Below, piece by piece: positions 25,180-33,228 of a stretch of 33,228 bases of DNA. The translations under genes were made by a program, and so were the position numbers. Source of the DNA: a virus (taxonomy: Duplodnaviria; Caudoviricetes). The stretch's first letter is position 1. Every line of letters starts with the position of its first letter. The stretch lies in IMG/VR virus record IMGVR_UViG_3300003375_000084, positions 1 to 33,228 of that record; one strand, written 5' to 3'. The notes under the pieces were generated by a model. That model worked only from the letters and a program-made list of their open reading frames with translations. It searched no databases and had not been told where the DNA came from.

Positions 25180-25424
25180 TACTTTTCCTCCGAAGGGTGT
25201 TCTTCTGGCTCAGTATCTTTTTTCATTAACATAGCTGCACCGTGGGCACCAACAATAGCGGCTACGCCCATATAGAGTCTTTCCAAATCTACAAGCCCGG
25301 AATGTATTGCGTTATATATGCAAGCCCCAAAAAAAGCAAACATAGAAAAAACCAACGACCAACGACCGATATCATGCGTTTCATTATCTTTACCCGTTAG
25401 AAGGTCATTGAGTATCTTTTTCAT
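25179..25424 (-). CDS. Putative holin (two TM helices, charged C-terminus)
   Basis: WSLVFSMFAFFGACIY and LYMGVAAIVGAHGAAMLM segments, highly charged tail, first gene of the lysis cassette. Confidence 0.65.
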   Translation of the reverse strand: MKKILNDLLTGKDNETHDIGRWSLVFSMFAFFGACIYNAIHSGLVDLERLYMGVAAIVGAHGAAMLMKKDTEPEEHPSEEK

Positions 25425-25654
25425 TTCTTTTTAGTACGGGCAGTCTTAGCAACTACAGCAGGTTTTGGTTTGCGTGTAGTAGCTTTTTTAACTGTTGGCT
25501 TTTTAGGTTTTTCAGATAAAGATGTAACTTCAACTACAGGAAAAGGCCACATTTTAAAATCAGGGGTTTGCGCATCAATCTTAGCCTTACCAACTTCCAT
25601 ATCAATTTTTGGCATATAGCCAAGCTTGTCGAATAACCAATTAATAATAAACAT
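25421..25654 (-). CDS. Small protein with a Lys/Pro/Ala-rich (histone H1-like) tail
   Basis: AGGAG SD; C-terminus KPKKPTVKKATTRKPKPAVVAKTARTKKK. Confidence 0.65.
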   Translation of the reverse strand: MFIINWLFDKLGYMPKIDMEVGKAKIDAQTPDFKMWPFPVVEVTSLSEKPKKPTVKKATTRKPKPAVVAKTARTKKK

Positions 25655-27819
25655 TATTTAACTCCTAGGTTGAGAATCTGTTCTTCTAGTGCCGTTACTT
25701 TTGCACTAAGTTCTTTAACTGCGTTAACTAATAGCCAAGTAATTTCTGTAGTATCAACGTGCTTAATGTCAGTTTTCTCTGTATCTTCAGGGTTTAACTT
25801 TCCTGGAATAGTTCTAATAACACTTGGCAAAACTTGTTCAATTTCATCAGCAACTACACCAAGACCTTCTGCACCTTGCGTAGACCCGCCTTTACCGTTG
25901 TATACCCATGTTCTAGGTTTAATTTGATTTAATAAATCAAGACCTTTTGTATAGTCTTGGATATTATTTTTAAGGCGAATGTCTGACGTAGCAATCCACG
26001 CAGTAGAACTACCACCTTTAATAGCATCAACAGCGGATGTATATAAAGTATTATTACTTAATCCAATAGCACCACTTATAGGAGTTATTGATAAATATGT
26101 ACCACTACCACCTCCAAAACCATTTAAAAAACCAAAGGTATTAGTAGTTGTATCAAATAAAACCCCAATACCATTACCAGCAAGTTGCAATGACGTAGCT
26201 GAAAGTCCAGAACTATAAGTACTGTAAGTTACACCAATACGTTGGTTACCTGCGCTGGTTCCTGTTGCGGTTATGCTAGCTGTAGAACTATAGTTATTTG
26301 CTCCAGTAAAGTTATTTGTACTGTTTAATTGAGCATATCCAGAAAGCGCAGATGAAGTTACATAGTTTGACGGGTTTGAGCTAAGTGGATAATAGTAAGA
26401 ACTATAGTCTGTTGAAGAAGGAGTTACTGGTCCAGTACGACCATTAAAAGAAGTTACTGCGCTTGTACCTAATAGTGTACTAAACGGGGTTGAAGACCAT
26501 ACAGAACCATTAGAAGCTAGTACGTTATTTGCAAAGCTTGGAGAAATAGCTGTTGGTGCACTTGTACCATTACCAACTAATACAGCTCCTGAAGTTAAAG
26601 TCGCTAAACCCGTACCGCCAAAACTTACTGGAATTGGGTTTGTAGTGTTGTTAAACGATGTACCCCAAGAAGCACCAGTCGAGTTAGCAATACCAGCGCT
26701 AGGGTATGTAAAGCTTCCTGCTTGAGCCGCTACATTTTTAACAAATGCCGTTGTAGCTACGTTATTTGAGTTATCCGTTGTTGGTGGGGTTGATGCAGTT
26801 GCTGCTGGGGCGCCTGTAATTGTTGTACTTGCCGCACTTTGTGGGACATTTACTGTATAAGTACCAAGACCACCTGCACCTGTAATATATCCTGAAATCT
26901 GAGTTTGTGGAGTAGAAACTATAACTGCGCCACCAGAAAGAGTCACGGTTGATGTTGCGCTGGCGCTTGCTGTATATGAATAGCTACTTGAATTTATAAC
27001 TGTAATAGTAAACGTGCCGTTTAAGTTGGCCGCGGATATACCACCTACTGCAGCAGCACCTGAAATAGTTACTGGAGTACCAGAAGAAAATCCATGTGCA
27101 GTTTGTGTTACTGTTACTGTAGAGCTACCGCTAGTAGTACTTAATGGGTCTGTTAAATTTGTAGAAGTAGCAGCTGCGATTCCAGTACCAGAAATTGACA
27201 TGCCTTGGAATAGTACTCCTGAAGCAACCGTAGTAACCGTTAAAGTAGTACCTGAAATACTGCCTGTAAATGATGCAGAAGTAAATGCTCTAAATACACC
27301 CGCAGCATAAAAGTTACCAATTTCAGTTTGGTTACCAGTAACAGTTAAGTTACCATTAACTGTAAAATTACCTGTGGTTTGAGTGTTTGTAGACTGTACA
27401 TTGGTGCCATCAGACCATATTGTAATAGTTGCGCCGGCTGGAATAGTTACGCCAAGACCTGCAGCAATCGTATTACCAATAGCCGTACTATTATAGATAG
27501 TGGCTGCGTAGCTAGAATTATTATAGACAACATAAGACTTAGGGTTTGGTGGCGCATAAATATTAAATGGTGCCGAAACTCCGCTAGTAACCAAAGATAA
27601 AAAAGCAAAAATAGCTTGGTTAGATGATGCAGTAGTAGTTGCGCCATTAACATAAGTTAGTGCCTGGGAGGTGGAAGTAACTGTAACCTGTTGATATCCC
27701 GTAATAGCAGACTCAAGTACATATTGGTCTGTGGAATTTGTTGTATTACCCCAAGTACCAGCTTGGTCGCCCGTACCAATTAATTCGATACGTAAATTTG
27801 GTGAGTATGTTGAGGCCAT
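25654..27819 (-). CDS. Tail fibre/spike with C-terminal intramolecular chaperone (peptidase S74-like)
   Basis: MASTYS..LRIELI..G.Q.GTWG anchor, Ser/Thr/Gly-rich modules (VATTAFV, VTSFNGRTG), SDIRLKNNI autocleavage motif, terminal coiled coil LVNAVKEL. Confidence 0.88.
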   Translation of the reverse strand: MASTYSPNLRIELIGTGDQAGTWGNTTNSTDQYVLESAITGYQQVTVTSTSQALTYVNGATTTASSNQAIFAFLSLVTSGVSAPFNIYAPPNPKSYVVYNNSSYAATIYNSTAIGNTIAAGLGVTIPAGATITIWSDGTNVQSTNTQTTGNFTVNGNLTVTGNQTEIGNFYAAGVFRAFTSASFTGSISGTTLTVTTVASGVLFQGMSISGTGIAAATSTNLTDPLSTTSGSSTVTVTQTAHGFSSGTPVTISGAAAVGGISAANLNGTFTITVINSSSYSYTASASATSTVTLSGGAVIVSTPQTQISGYITGAGGLGTYTVNVPQSAASTTITGAPAATASTPPTTDNSNNVATTAFVKNVAAQAGSFTYPSAGIANSTGASWGTSFNNTTNPIPVSFGGTGLATLTSGAVLVGNGTSAPTAISPSFANNVLASNGSVWSSTPFSTLLGTSAVTSFNGRTGPVTPSSTDYSSYYYPLSSNPSNYVTSSALSGYAQLNSTNNFTGANNYSSTASITATGTSAGNQRIGVTYSTYSSGLSATSLQLAGNGIGVLFDTTTNTFGFLNGFGGGSGTYLSITPISGAIGLSNNTLYTSAVDAIKGGSSTAWIATSDIRLKNNIQDYTKGLDLLNQIKPRTWVYNGKGGSTQGAEGLGVVADEIEQVLPSVIRTIPGKLNPEDTEKTDIKHVDTTEITWLLVNAVKELSAKVTALEEQILNLGVK

Positions 27820-27828
27820 TTATGTTCC

Positions 27829-28860
27829 TTACTGATTGTCGTCTATGTCTATCCAGCCCGGATTTTGGTTATCGCCTACGCTACCCCATCCAGGGTTTTG
27901 TGCATCGTCTATTCCTGTCCAGTTAGATGTCTGGTTATTACCTACTGCCTGCCACATTTGAACCTGATTATTATTAATATCATTCCAATCTGCAGCTTGA
28001 TTATCGTTTATTTTAACCCATCCACGGGCAAAAGGGGAATCAATAAAGGTCATTACTTGCTCAGCAACGCCTACAAAGTCAGCCCTAGCATACTCTTGGT
28101 CAATTAAATGGAAGTTTTCGGCTGTAGTTACAAAGGTAAATCTACGGCCAGTTACGGTATCTGTAAAGGTAGCCAGCTCTCTAACTGTTACTGGGAAGCT
28201 CTGGAATACGTTTTCTACGTCAGTAAATGTAGCCGATTCTGGTACGGAAACCACGAATTTTGCATTAGCAATAAGGGTTTCGACAAGTGTTAGGGCTTCA
28301 GGTACCGTTACATTGGCCTTTAGTTGGCCGGCTTCGCTGTCGGAAAAAGAACTACTTTCAGCTACAGTTTCCCGGAAATTAAATTGGGATTCATCTCTAT
28401 CGCTTAAAGAAAAGGTATTAGCGGATAGCCCTGCAAAATCTGCCCTACCAAAAACGGTATCCGAGAAAAGCGCTGATTCATTAGTAAATACATAGTACGT
28501 GTTGTTGCACTGCGTCGTATCAGTAATATTGATATTTTCAGCTGCTGTTACTAGGTACGCAAACGATACGTTAAGCGCTTCACTAATAGACATCATTTCT
28601 TCTACTAGCCCAACAGCATTTAATTTAGCTGCATAATTATCTGCAAAAGACCCATTTTCTGCTACGGTTTCAAAAAAGTTAAATTTACTACTACCATTAT
28701 CATTTAACGAAAAAGATTCCACATTGGAAGTATTAAACTTGGCTAACCCCGCAATAGCCTCAGTTAAAGTAAAACTTTCCGATACGCTAATCGAATAGAT
28801 ACTACCCCCAGGTATGGTGCACCAAGGGGCTTGAGCGAATGCGGAAAAACCAAAGGTCAT
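27829..28860 (-). CDS. Repeat-rich virion structural protein (13 x 20-aa repeats plus 6 x 11-aa Trp repeats)
   Basis: FGFSAFAQAP N-terminus; D/E at residues 34, 54 ... 274; W at 281, 292, 303, 314, 325, 336. Confidence 0.75.
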   Translation of the reverse strand: MTFGFSAFAQAPWCTIPGGSIYSISVSESFTLTEAIAGLAKFNTSNVESFSLNDNGSSKFNFFETVAENGSFADNYAAKLNAVGLVEEMMSISEALNVSFAYLVTAAENINITDTTQCNNTYYVFTNESALFSDTVFGRADFAGLSANTFSLSDRDESQFNFRETVAESSSFSDSEAGQLKANVTVPEALTLVETLIANAKFVVSVPESATFTDVENVFQSFPVTVRELATFTDTVTGRRFTFVTTAENFHLIDQEYARADFVGVAEQVMTFIDSPFARGWVKINDNQAADWNDINNNQVQMWQAVGNNQTSNWTGIDDAQNPGWGSVGDNQNPGWIDIDDNQ

Positions 28861-28905
28861 CTAGAGTATCCGTAGTTAGATAAGACTTCTAATAGGAACG
28901 TCATT

Positions 28906-29553
28906 TTACACCTCCGGAAATAGGCAGTCTTGTATAAACGTTTCTACTTCTTTAGGGTCTAACCCTAGGGATGCCATAACTCTGGGGGTATGTGGGTTTT
29001 TCTTTTGGTTCTGGCAGTAGTAGTTTTGCTTATCTTTATAGTCGCCTTTCTCACCCATACCCATATAATCAAGGTAATGGTTAAGATTTGCTGTGGCTAG
29101 GCTAAGGATTTTAGCTAGCTCTTCTTCGGTATTAATGTTTCCAGCAGCTACCATACTAGGGCTAAATATGTTTCGTGCCCATTCTGGAAGTTCTCGCTCC
29201 CTGCTCCACTGGTAGTTAGCTACTTTTTCTTTAAACCAGTCATTTAGTGGGTGTTCACCTATTGGGCTAAAGTCATGGAAAGCGCCAGTAACCTTATTAG
29301 CTCCAGCAATAATATCAAAGCCGTATATGGGGGCAGGGCAGTCTAAATGTGGGAATACGCACAAATGAAGCATATAGAGCTTTTTGGTTTCCCTAGCGTC
29401 TACTATGTCCAAATGCGCCCTACGAAAATTATGACCTTTATAGACATAATTAGGCCATGTAAACTTATGCCCTTCGTCTACTTCCTCATAGTACTTAAAC
29501 CGCTTTTGGATATATGCGGCAAAGTCTTCAAGCTGCTGAAATATTGTGGGCAT
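28906..29553 (-). CDS. pcyX: Ferredoxin-dependent bilin reductase, PcyX-type
   Basis: FRRAHLD..MLHLCVFP..PIYGFDIIAG..GAFHDFSP..RELPEWA.NIFS..QNYYCQNQKKNPHT. His63/Asp80 match the PcyA His/Asp pair; Asp49 replaces the PcyA Glu, as in PcyX. Adjacent to a heme oxygenase. Confidence 0.88.
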   Translation of the reverse strand: MPTIFQQLEDFAAYIQKRFKYYEEVDEGHKFTWPNYVYKGHNFRRAHLDIVDARETKKLYMLHLCVFPHLDCPAPIYGFDIIAGANKVTGAFHDFSPIGEHPLNDWFKEKVANYQWSRERELPEWARNIFSPSMVAAGNINTEEELAKILSLATANLNHYLDYMGMGEKGDYKDKQNYYCQNQKKNPHTPRVMASLGLDPKEVETFIQDCLFPEV

Positions 29554-30061
29554 CGGCTATCTCGTCAAATAACTTTATGTTAAATTCCATAGCACGATTA
29601 GCTTCGTCACCTAAGTCATCAGATAAGCGCTCACGAACCTTTTTAATTAACTCTGCACGGTTCTCAAAATCGTACATGGTAGCTTCGCCAGGAACCACTT
29701 TTTTAATCATCTGGCCACCATATAGGTCCCCAAAATGACGTGCGTAGATATGACCCATTAATTTGGGTTTTTCTAGGTTTTGAATGTATTCAGCGTAGTC
29801 TTTTGTTGACTGATAAATTTGCCCATTTTGTTCTAAGTCTATATAGTCCCATTCAATTTTAGGGCTACGGCAGATTTCTTCTATGCCTTCTAGCAAACCC
29901 GCTTCATGCGCTACTTCTTCTAAAATGGTGTAGCAAAACAATTGGTTATATAAAAGGTCGGCGTAAACAGGTACTGGAATTTCTCCAGATAAAAGAACCT
30001 TAACGAATGGGTGATTTTCTGCCTTATCGTGGTTTTCTTTGATTGCTTCTTTAAGCGTCAT
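29528..30061 (-). CDS. hemO: Heme oxygenase
   Basis: LKE...ENHDKAENHPF with proximal His11; distal helix HIYARHFGDLYGGQMI; EANRAMEFNIKLFDE. Confidence 0.92.
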   Translation of the reverse strand: MTLKEAIKENHDKAENHPFVKVLLSGEIPVPVYADLLYNQLFCYTILEEVAHEAGLLEGIEEICRSPKIEWDYIDLEQNGQIYQSTKDYAEYIQNLEKPKLMGHIYARHFGDLYGGQMIKKVVPGEATMYDFENRAELIKKVRERLSDDLGDEANRAMEFNIKLFDEIADAHNISAA

Positions 30062-30713
30062 TTTTTTCCTCAGGCTTATTTACCATGTCTATATTAAAAC
30101 TTACCATAATTCTATCCTCATCGGATTCATTAGGTTGTGTCCAATGAGGAAGCCAAGAAGGAAATATTACCATTGAGCTTTCTTTTACATGGTGTACGTG
30201 CATAGTATCTACTGCAGGGAACTCTCTAACGTTAGGCACGTACATAGTTTTAGCTACAGAACTTAAATCTTTAAAAACTATATTGCCGCAATTCTCAGGG
30301 GTTTTTGCGTAGAATACTCCACTAAATAGCGAATTAGAGTGTATATGCTCAGGGACAAAAGCACCAGTTGGGTAAATTGTTGTCCACATGTTAATAATTG
30401 ATGGTATTTTATTTCCGCCGTTAACACTTTGTATCATAGTACTGGCGAAATCATAAATAAAAGCAACAACTTCTGCCCATTCAGAATTATCTACTAAAGA
30501 ACCAGAATTAAACGAGGTTACACCGCTTTTTTTAAAATCTTCTTGGCTAGAAGACTTGGCAGCATAATTCCATTTGTCTGATACTAATCCAGCATCTGTA
30601 GCATTTTCCCTAAATTTATATGCTAATTCGCAAATTTTGTTACATATTTCTGTGTTATCGCTTGTTCCTGTTAGCAAGGGTGTAGCAAAAATATTTTGTA
30701 AAAATTGGCTCAT
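30051..30713 (-). CDS. 2OG-Fe(II) oxygenase, TIGR02466-like
   Basis: MWT..Y..G....EHIH.NS.FSGVFY..TPENCG.I.F.D, then IFPSWLPH...N....DRIMVSFN. Confidence 0.85.
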   Translation of the reverse strand: MSQFLQNIFATPLLTGTSDNTEICNKICELAYKFRENATDAGLVSDKWNYAAKSSSQEDFKKSGVTSFNSGSLVDNSEWAEVVAFIYDFASTMIQSVNGGNKIPSIINMWTTIYPTGAFVPEHIHSNSLFSGVFYAKTPENCGNIVFKDLSSVAKTMYVPNVREFPAVDTMHVHHVKESSMVIFPSWLPHWTQPNESDEDRIMVSFNIDMVNKPEEKNDA

Positions 30714-30717
30714 TTAA

Positions 30718-31218
30718 TTAGGTTGATGCTGTTCCTGTAGTTGTTGAAGTTCCGGCTGCTGGAGTTGTCTGTTCGTTTGGATTTAGGGGCCAAGTAACAT
30801 CTTGTGCTGTTTTTGCATTTGGAAATTTACTAGGTAAATCTCTTAAAGCTTGGCGATACGTTGCCCATGCTGTTTTTTGGGCTGCTGTTAAAGGCACATC
30901 TACTGCCTGTGTCCAGTCAGAAGTTCCAAGTAAAAAGTTACGACGGTTTCTAATATGAATATCTAATAACTCTTCTTGAGTAAAAGGACGTACTTCAACT
31001 TTATTACGGACAATACCATCAATATCCATAAAATATTCATTGCTAGTAGTCACAACACCATTTGCTGGCTGTTGTGTCCATTGAAATTCAGCATATCCAA
31101 ACTCTTTTAAAATATCAGGTCCTAGATGAGAAACATTAATTGTTTCCATTACATTAGCACCTAACATAGGATTACCTATAGGATTGCCTTGACTATCTAA
31201 TTTAATATAAATACCCAT
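30718..31218 (-). CDS. Tail fibre assembly chaperone
   Basis: IRNRRNFLL..SDWTQ..DVPL...WATYRQALRDLP...WP signature; directly downstream of a fibre gene; GGAG SD. Confidence 0.85.
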   Translation of the reverse strand: MGIYIKLDSQGNPIGNPMLGANVMETINVSHLGPDILKEFGYAEFQWTQQPANGVVTTSNEYFMDIDGIVRNKVEVRPFTQEELLDIHIRNRRNFLLGTSDWTQAVDVPLTAAQKTAWATYRQALRDLPSKFPNAKTAQDVTWPLNPNEQTTPAAGTSTTTGTAST

Positions 31219-31236
31219 TATTTATTTCTCCGTTAA

Positions 31237-33228
31237 TTAAGGTCCGTAAGGTGTTACATCATTAGTGTTTGTAGAAGGGAATGAACGTCCTGGCCCCCAA
31301 ATAATACGTACAGCACCGGGTCCACCGGGTCCACCGCCGTAAGAAGTCCCAGGGCCGCCGCCGCCGCCACCATAAGACCCACCTAAAATACTACGGTCTG
31401 AACTTAATTGGTTATTACCGCTAAATGGGTTTTCTCCATAGTAGCCAGCAGTACCACCAGACCCACCTTGACCACCTAAACCATAAGAATAGGTAGTAGT
31501 ATTCCCTGTAAATGGTGAGTACTGATATATACCATCGTTACTTTGCCCAAATATACCTGTTCCACCACCAGCACCTTCACCATATGTAGAGGAATAATAT
31601 CCACCACCTGCAGAAGCTCCCGTGCCTGAAGTAGCAGCATAGTTACCATAGTTACCATTAGCGCCACCTGAATATCCACCCGCACCGCCACCGCCTTGAT
31701 AGTTATTTGCATATCCGCCATAACCACCACCAGTACCATAGTATCCACCACCTGATGACCCTGAAGGGTTAGAGTTAGGACCCCCACTATAAGCACCAGC
31801 AGTATAATTACCGCCGCCATATCCAGCTACAGTAGTTAAACTATTAAAGTATGAATTTCCCCCTACTGAGGCATTATTACTACCACGTGTTCCTGCGGTA
31901 CCACCAGTACCAACCACAACAGTAATAGTAGAACCAGGGGTAACTCCATAGTTATTAATCCACCCTAACCCACCACCACCCCCTGCAGAGCTTGCCCATG
32001 TTGAATTACCTCCGCCCCCACCGCCAATAGCAACTACGGAAACAGAACTAACCGCATTAGGAACAGTCCATGAATATGTACCTGGAGTTGTAAAGGCTAT
32101 TTGTCCCTGCACAATACCTAAATAAAGACTCCAATTAAATACTTTAGATACTACATAAATACCATCAGTTGCTGTTACTGTAAAGTTATAAACTGTTGTA
32201 CCAGTAGGGCCTGAAGGTGCTGTACCACTTAAAACACCAGAGCTACTTAAAGTTGCCCAAGAAGGTATTGCACCACTAGTTAAAGTATGCACAACAGTCC
32301 CAGATAGCGCTGTTGCTTGGGTTGCTGTAGTACTTAATGACCCAGAAGGAGCAACTGACCCGGGTAGTATTGTTGATGAGAATACAGGTATTGCTGTGTT
32401 TGTAACAAGCGATATAGTCTTAGTAATTGTTGTTACAAGGTCACCCAATAGAGCACTAATTGTAAATGAATAAGAACCAGTAGTAACTGTATTTGGAATT
32501 GTTAATAAACCAGTAGAATTAATAGAGACACCTGTTGGTGCCCCAGTTACTGCCCAACTAGATACAGTAGTTGATTTATTAGAAAAAGTACCGTATTGGC
32601 TTGTAATTGCCGTGCCTGTTTGTTGCTGTAATATACCATTACCGATAATAGTATTGGTTTGTGTTGCTACATAAGTAACTACTGCAGACTGAGTTGGAAC
32701 CTTAACTGGAGAGTTTTGGCTCATTGTTCCATCTGTAGAGAACTCATTAATCTGAGCACCAAGCTGCGCACCGATAGAACCCAAACGCAAAGATGTCAAA
32801 CCAGACAAGTTAAACGAGTTAGCGTTAAGTGTTGCAGCACCAGTTGCTTGGTTAACCGCAAAGTATGCTCCAACTTGGAAGTTACCCGATTGGTCGGCGG
32901 AAATGTAATATACACGGCCTGGTAATGTTTGCTGAACTTGGTTAGCTGGATTTGGCGCTTGTGTAGGAGTACCTGGATAATTAGTAGTTGAGATACCGCC
33001 AGTACCGATATTTAAAAAATCATGGGCTGTAATACGGCATAAACTAAAATTAGAACGGATTGTAATACCGGCATTAGTAGCTTCTGGGTTTGGAATTTGT
33101 TGAGCCACTACAACAGAAATAACACTTCCTAAACCAGAATAGGTTCCCGATACGTTAGAAATAATATATGCAGAACTATCACCAGCAATTTGAACTGATT
33201 GTCCAACCAAAGGCAATGCTGACAAGTT
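31237..33228 (-). CDS. Tail fibre/virion structural protein with Ig-like and glycine-rich C-terminal domains (5'-truncated)
   Basis: Frame is open to the window edge. Two Ig-like modules (PTGVSINSTG, PSWATLSSSGVLSGT), then FTTPGTYSWTVP..VSVVAIGGGGGG...GAVRIIW Gly-rich domain. Confidence 0.8.
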   Translation of the reverse strand, partial: NLSALPLVGQSVQIAGDSSAYIISNVSGTYSGLGSVISVVVAQQIPNPEATNAGITIRSNFSLCRITAHDFLNIGTGGISTTNYPGTPTQAPNPANQVQQTLPGRVYYISADQSGNFQVGAYFAVNQATGAATLNANSFNLSGLTSLRLGSIGAQLGAQINEFSTDGTMSQNSPVKVPTQSAVVTYVATQTNTIIGNGILQQQTGTAITSQYGTFSNKSTTVSSWAVTGAPTGVSINSTGLLTIPNTVTTGSYSFTISALLGDLVTTITKTISLVTNTAIPVFSSTILPGSVAPSGSLSTTATQATALSGTVVHTLTSGAIPSWATLSSSGVLSGTAPSGPTGTTVYNFTVTATDGIYVVSKVFNWSLYLGIVQGQIAFTTPGTYSWTVPNAVSSVSVVAIGGGGGGNSTWASSAGGGGGLGWINNYGVTPGSTITVVVGTGGTAGTRGSNNASVGGNSYFNSLTTVAGYGGGNYTAGAYSGGPNSNPSGSSGGGYYGTGGGYGGYANNYQGGGGAGGYSGGANGNYGNYAATSGTGASAGGGYYSSTYGEGAGGGTGIFGQSNDGIYQYSPFTGNTTTYSYGLGGQGGSGGTAGYYGENPFSGNNQLSSDRSILGGSYGGGGGGPGTSYGGGPGGPGAVRIIWGPGRSFPSTNTNDVTPYGP

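Noticed and set aside
28861-28905. Weak TTAGA/TCTAA inverted repeat after pcyX as a terminator or insertion scar
   Set aside because: Only a 5-bp AT-rich stem with no U tract, and no matching direct repeat was seen at the other end of the cassette.
28906-30061. Calling the phage a cyanophage (ho1-pcyA or ho1-pebS)
   Set aside because: Reductase residues fit PcyX better, no photosynthesis genes are present, and the sigma4 sequence looks proteobacterial. The host remains unproven.

Overview
Gene-dense fragment of a tailed dsDNA phage, probably podovirus-like, with a Gram-negative and probably proteobacterial host. It has two convergent arms. The + arm (1-9334) holds small early genes, a stand-alone RpoD region-4 protein and a replication module: Cas4-like PD-(D/E)XK nuclease, HNH, SNF2-type helicase, SSB-like protein, HTH and an AEP primase-helicase fusion. 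The - arm (9422-33228) is the late region: three large ejection/internal virion proteins, GNAT-like and cupin genes, a tail nozzle, a lysis cassette (holin, i-spanin with a fully embedded o-spanin missing from the ORF track, GH19 endolysin) and tail fibres. Between the fibre genes lies an overlapping 2OG-Fe(II) oxygenase / heme oxygenase / PcyX-type bilin reductase cassette, the most notable feature. Also notable: a recurring hydrophobic-A-x-G-G peptide motif (about 12 copies) in two internal virion proteins, tandem DUF4214-like domains, a structured sRNA candidate at the arm junction and an exact 20-residue repeat protein. No capsid, terminase, polymerase, integrase, tRNA or CRISPR array was seen. 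All family calls come from reading motifs by eye; no searches were run.
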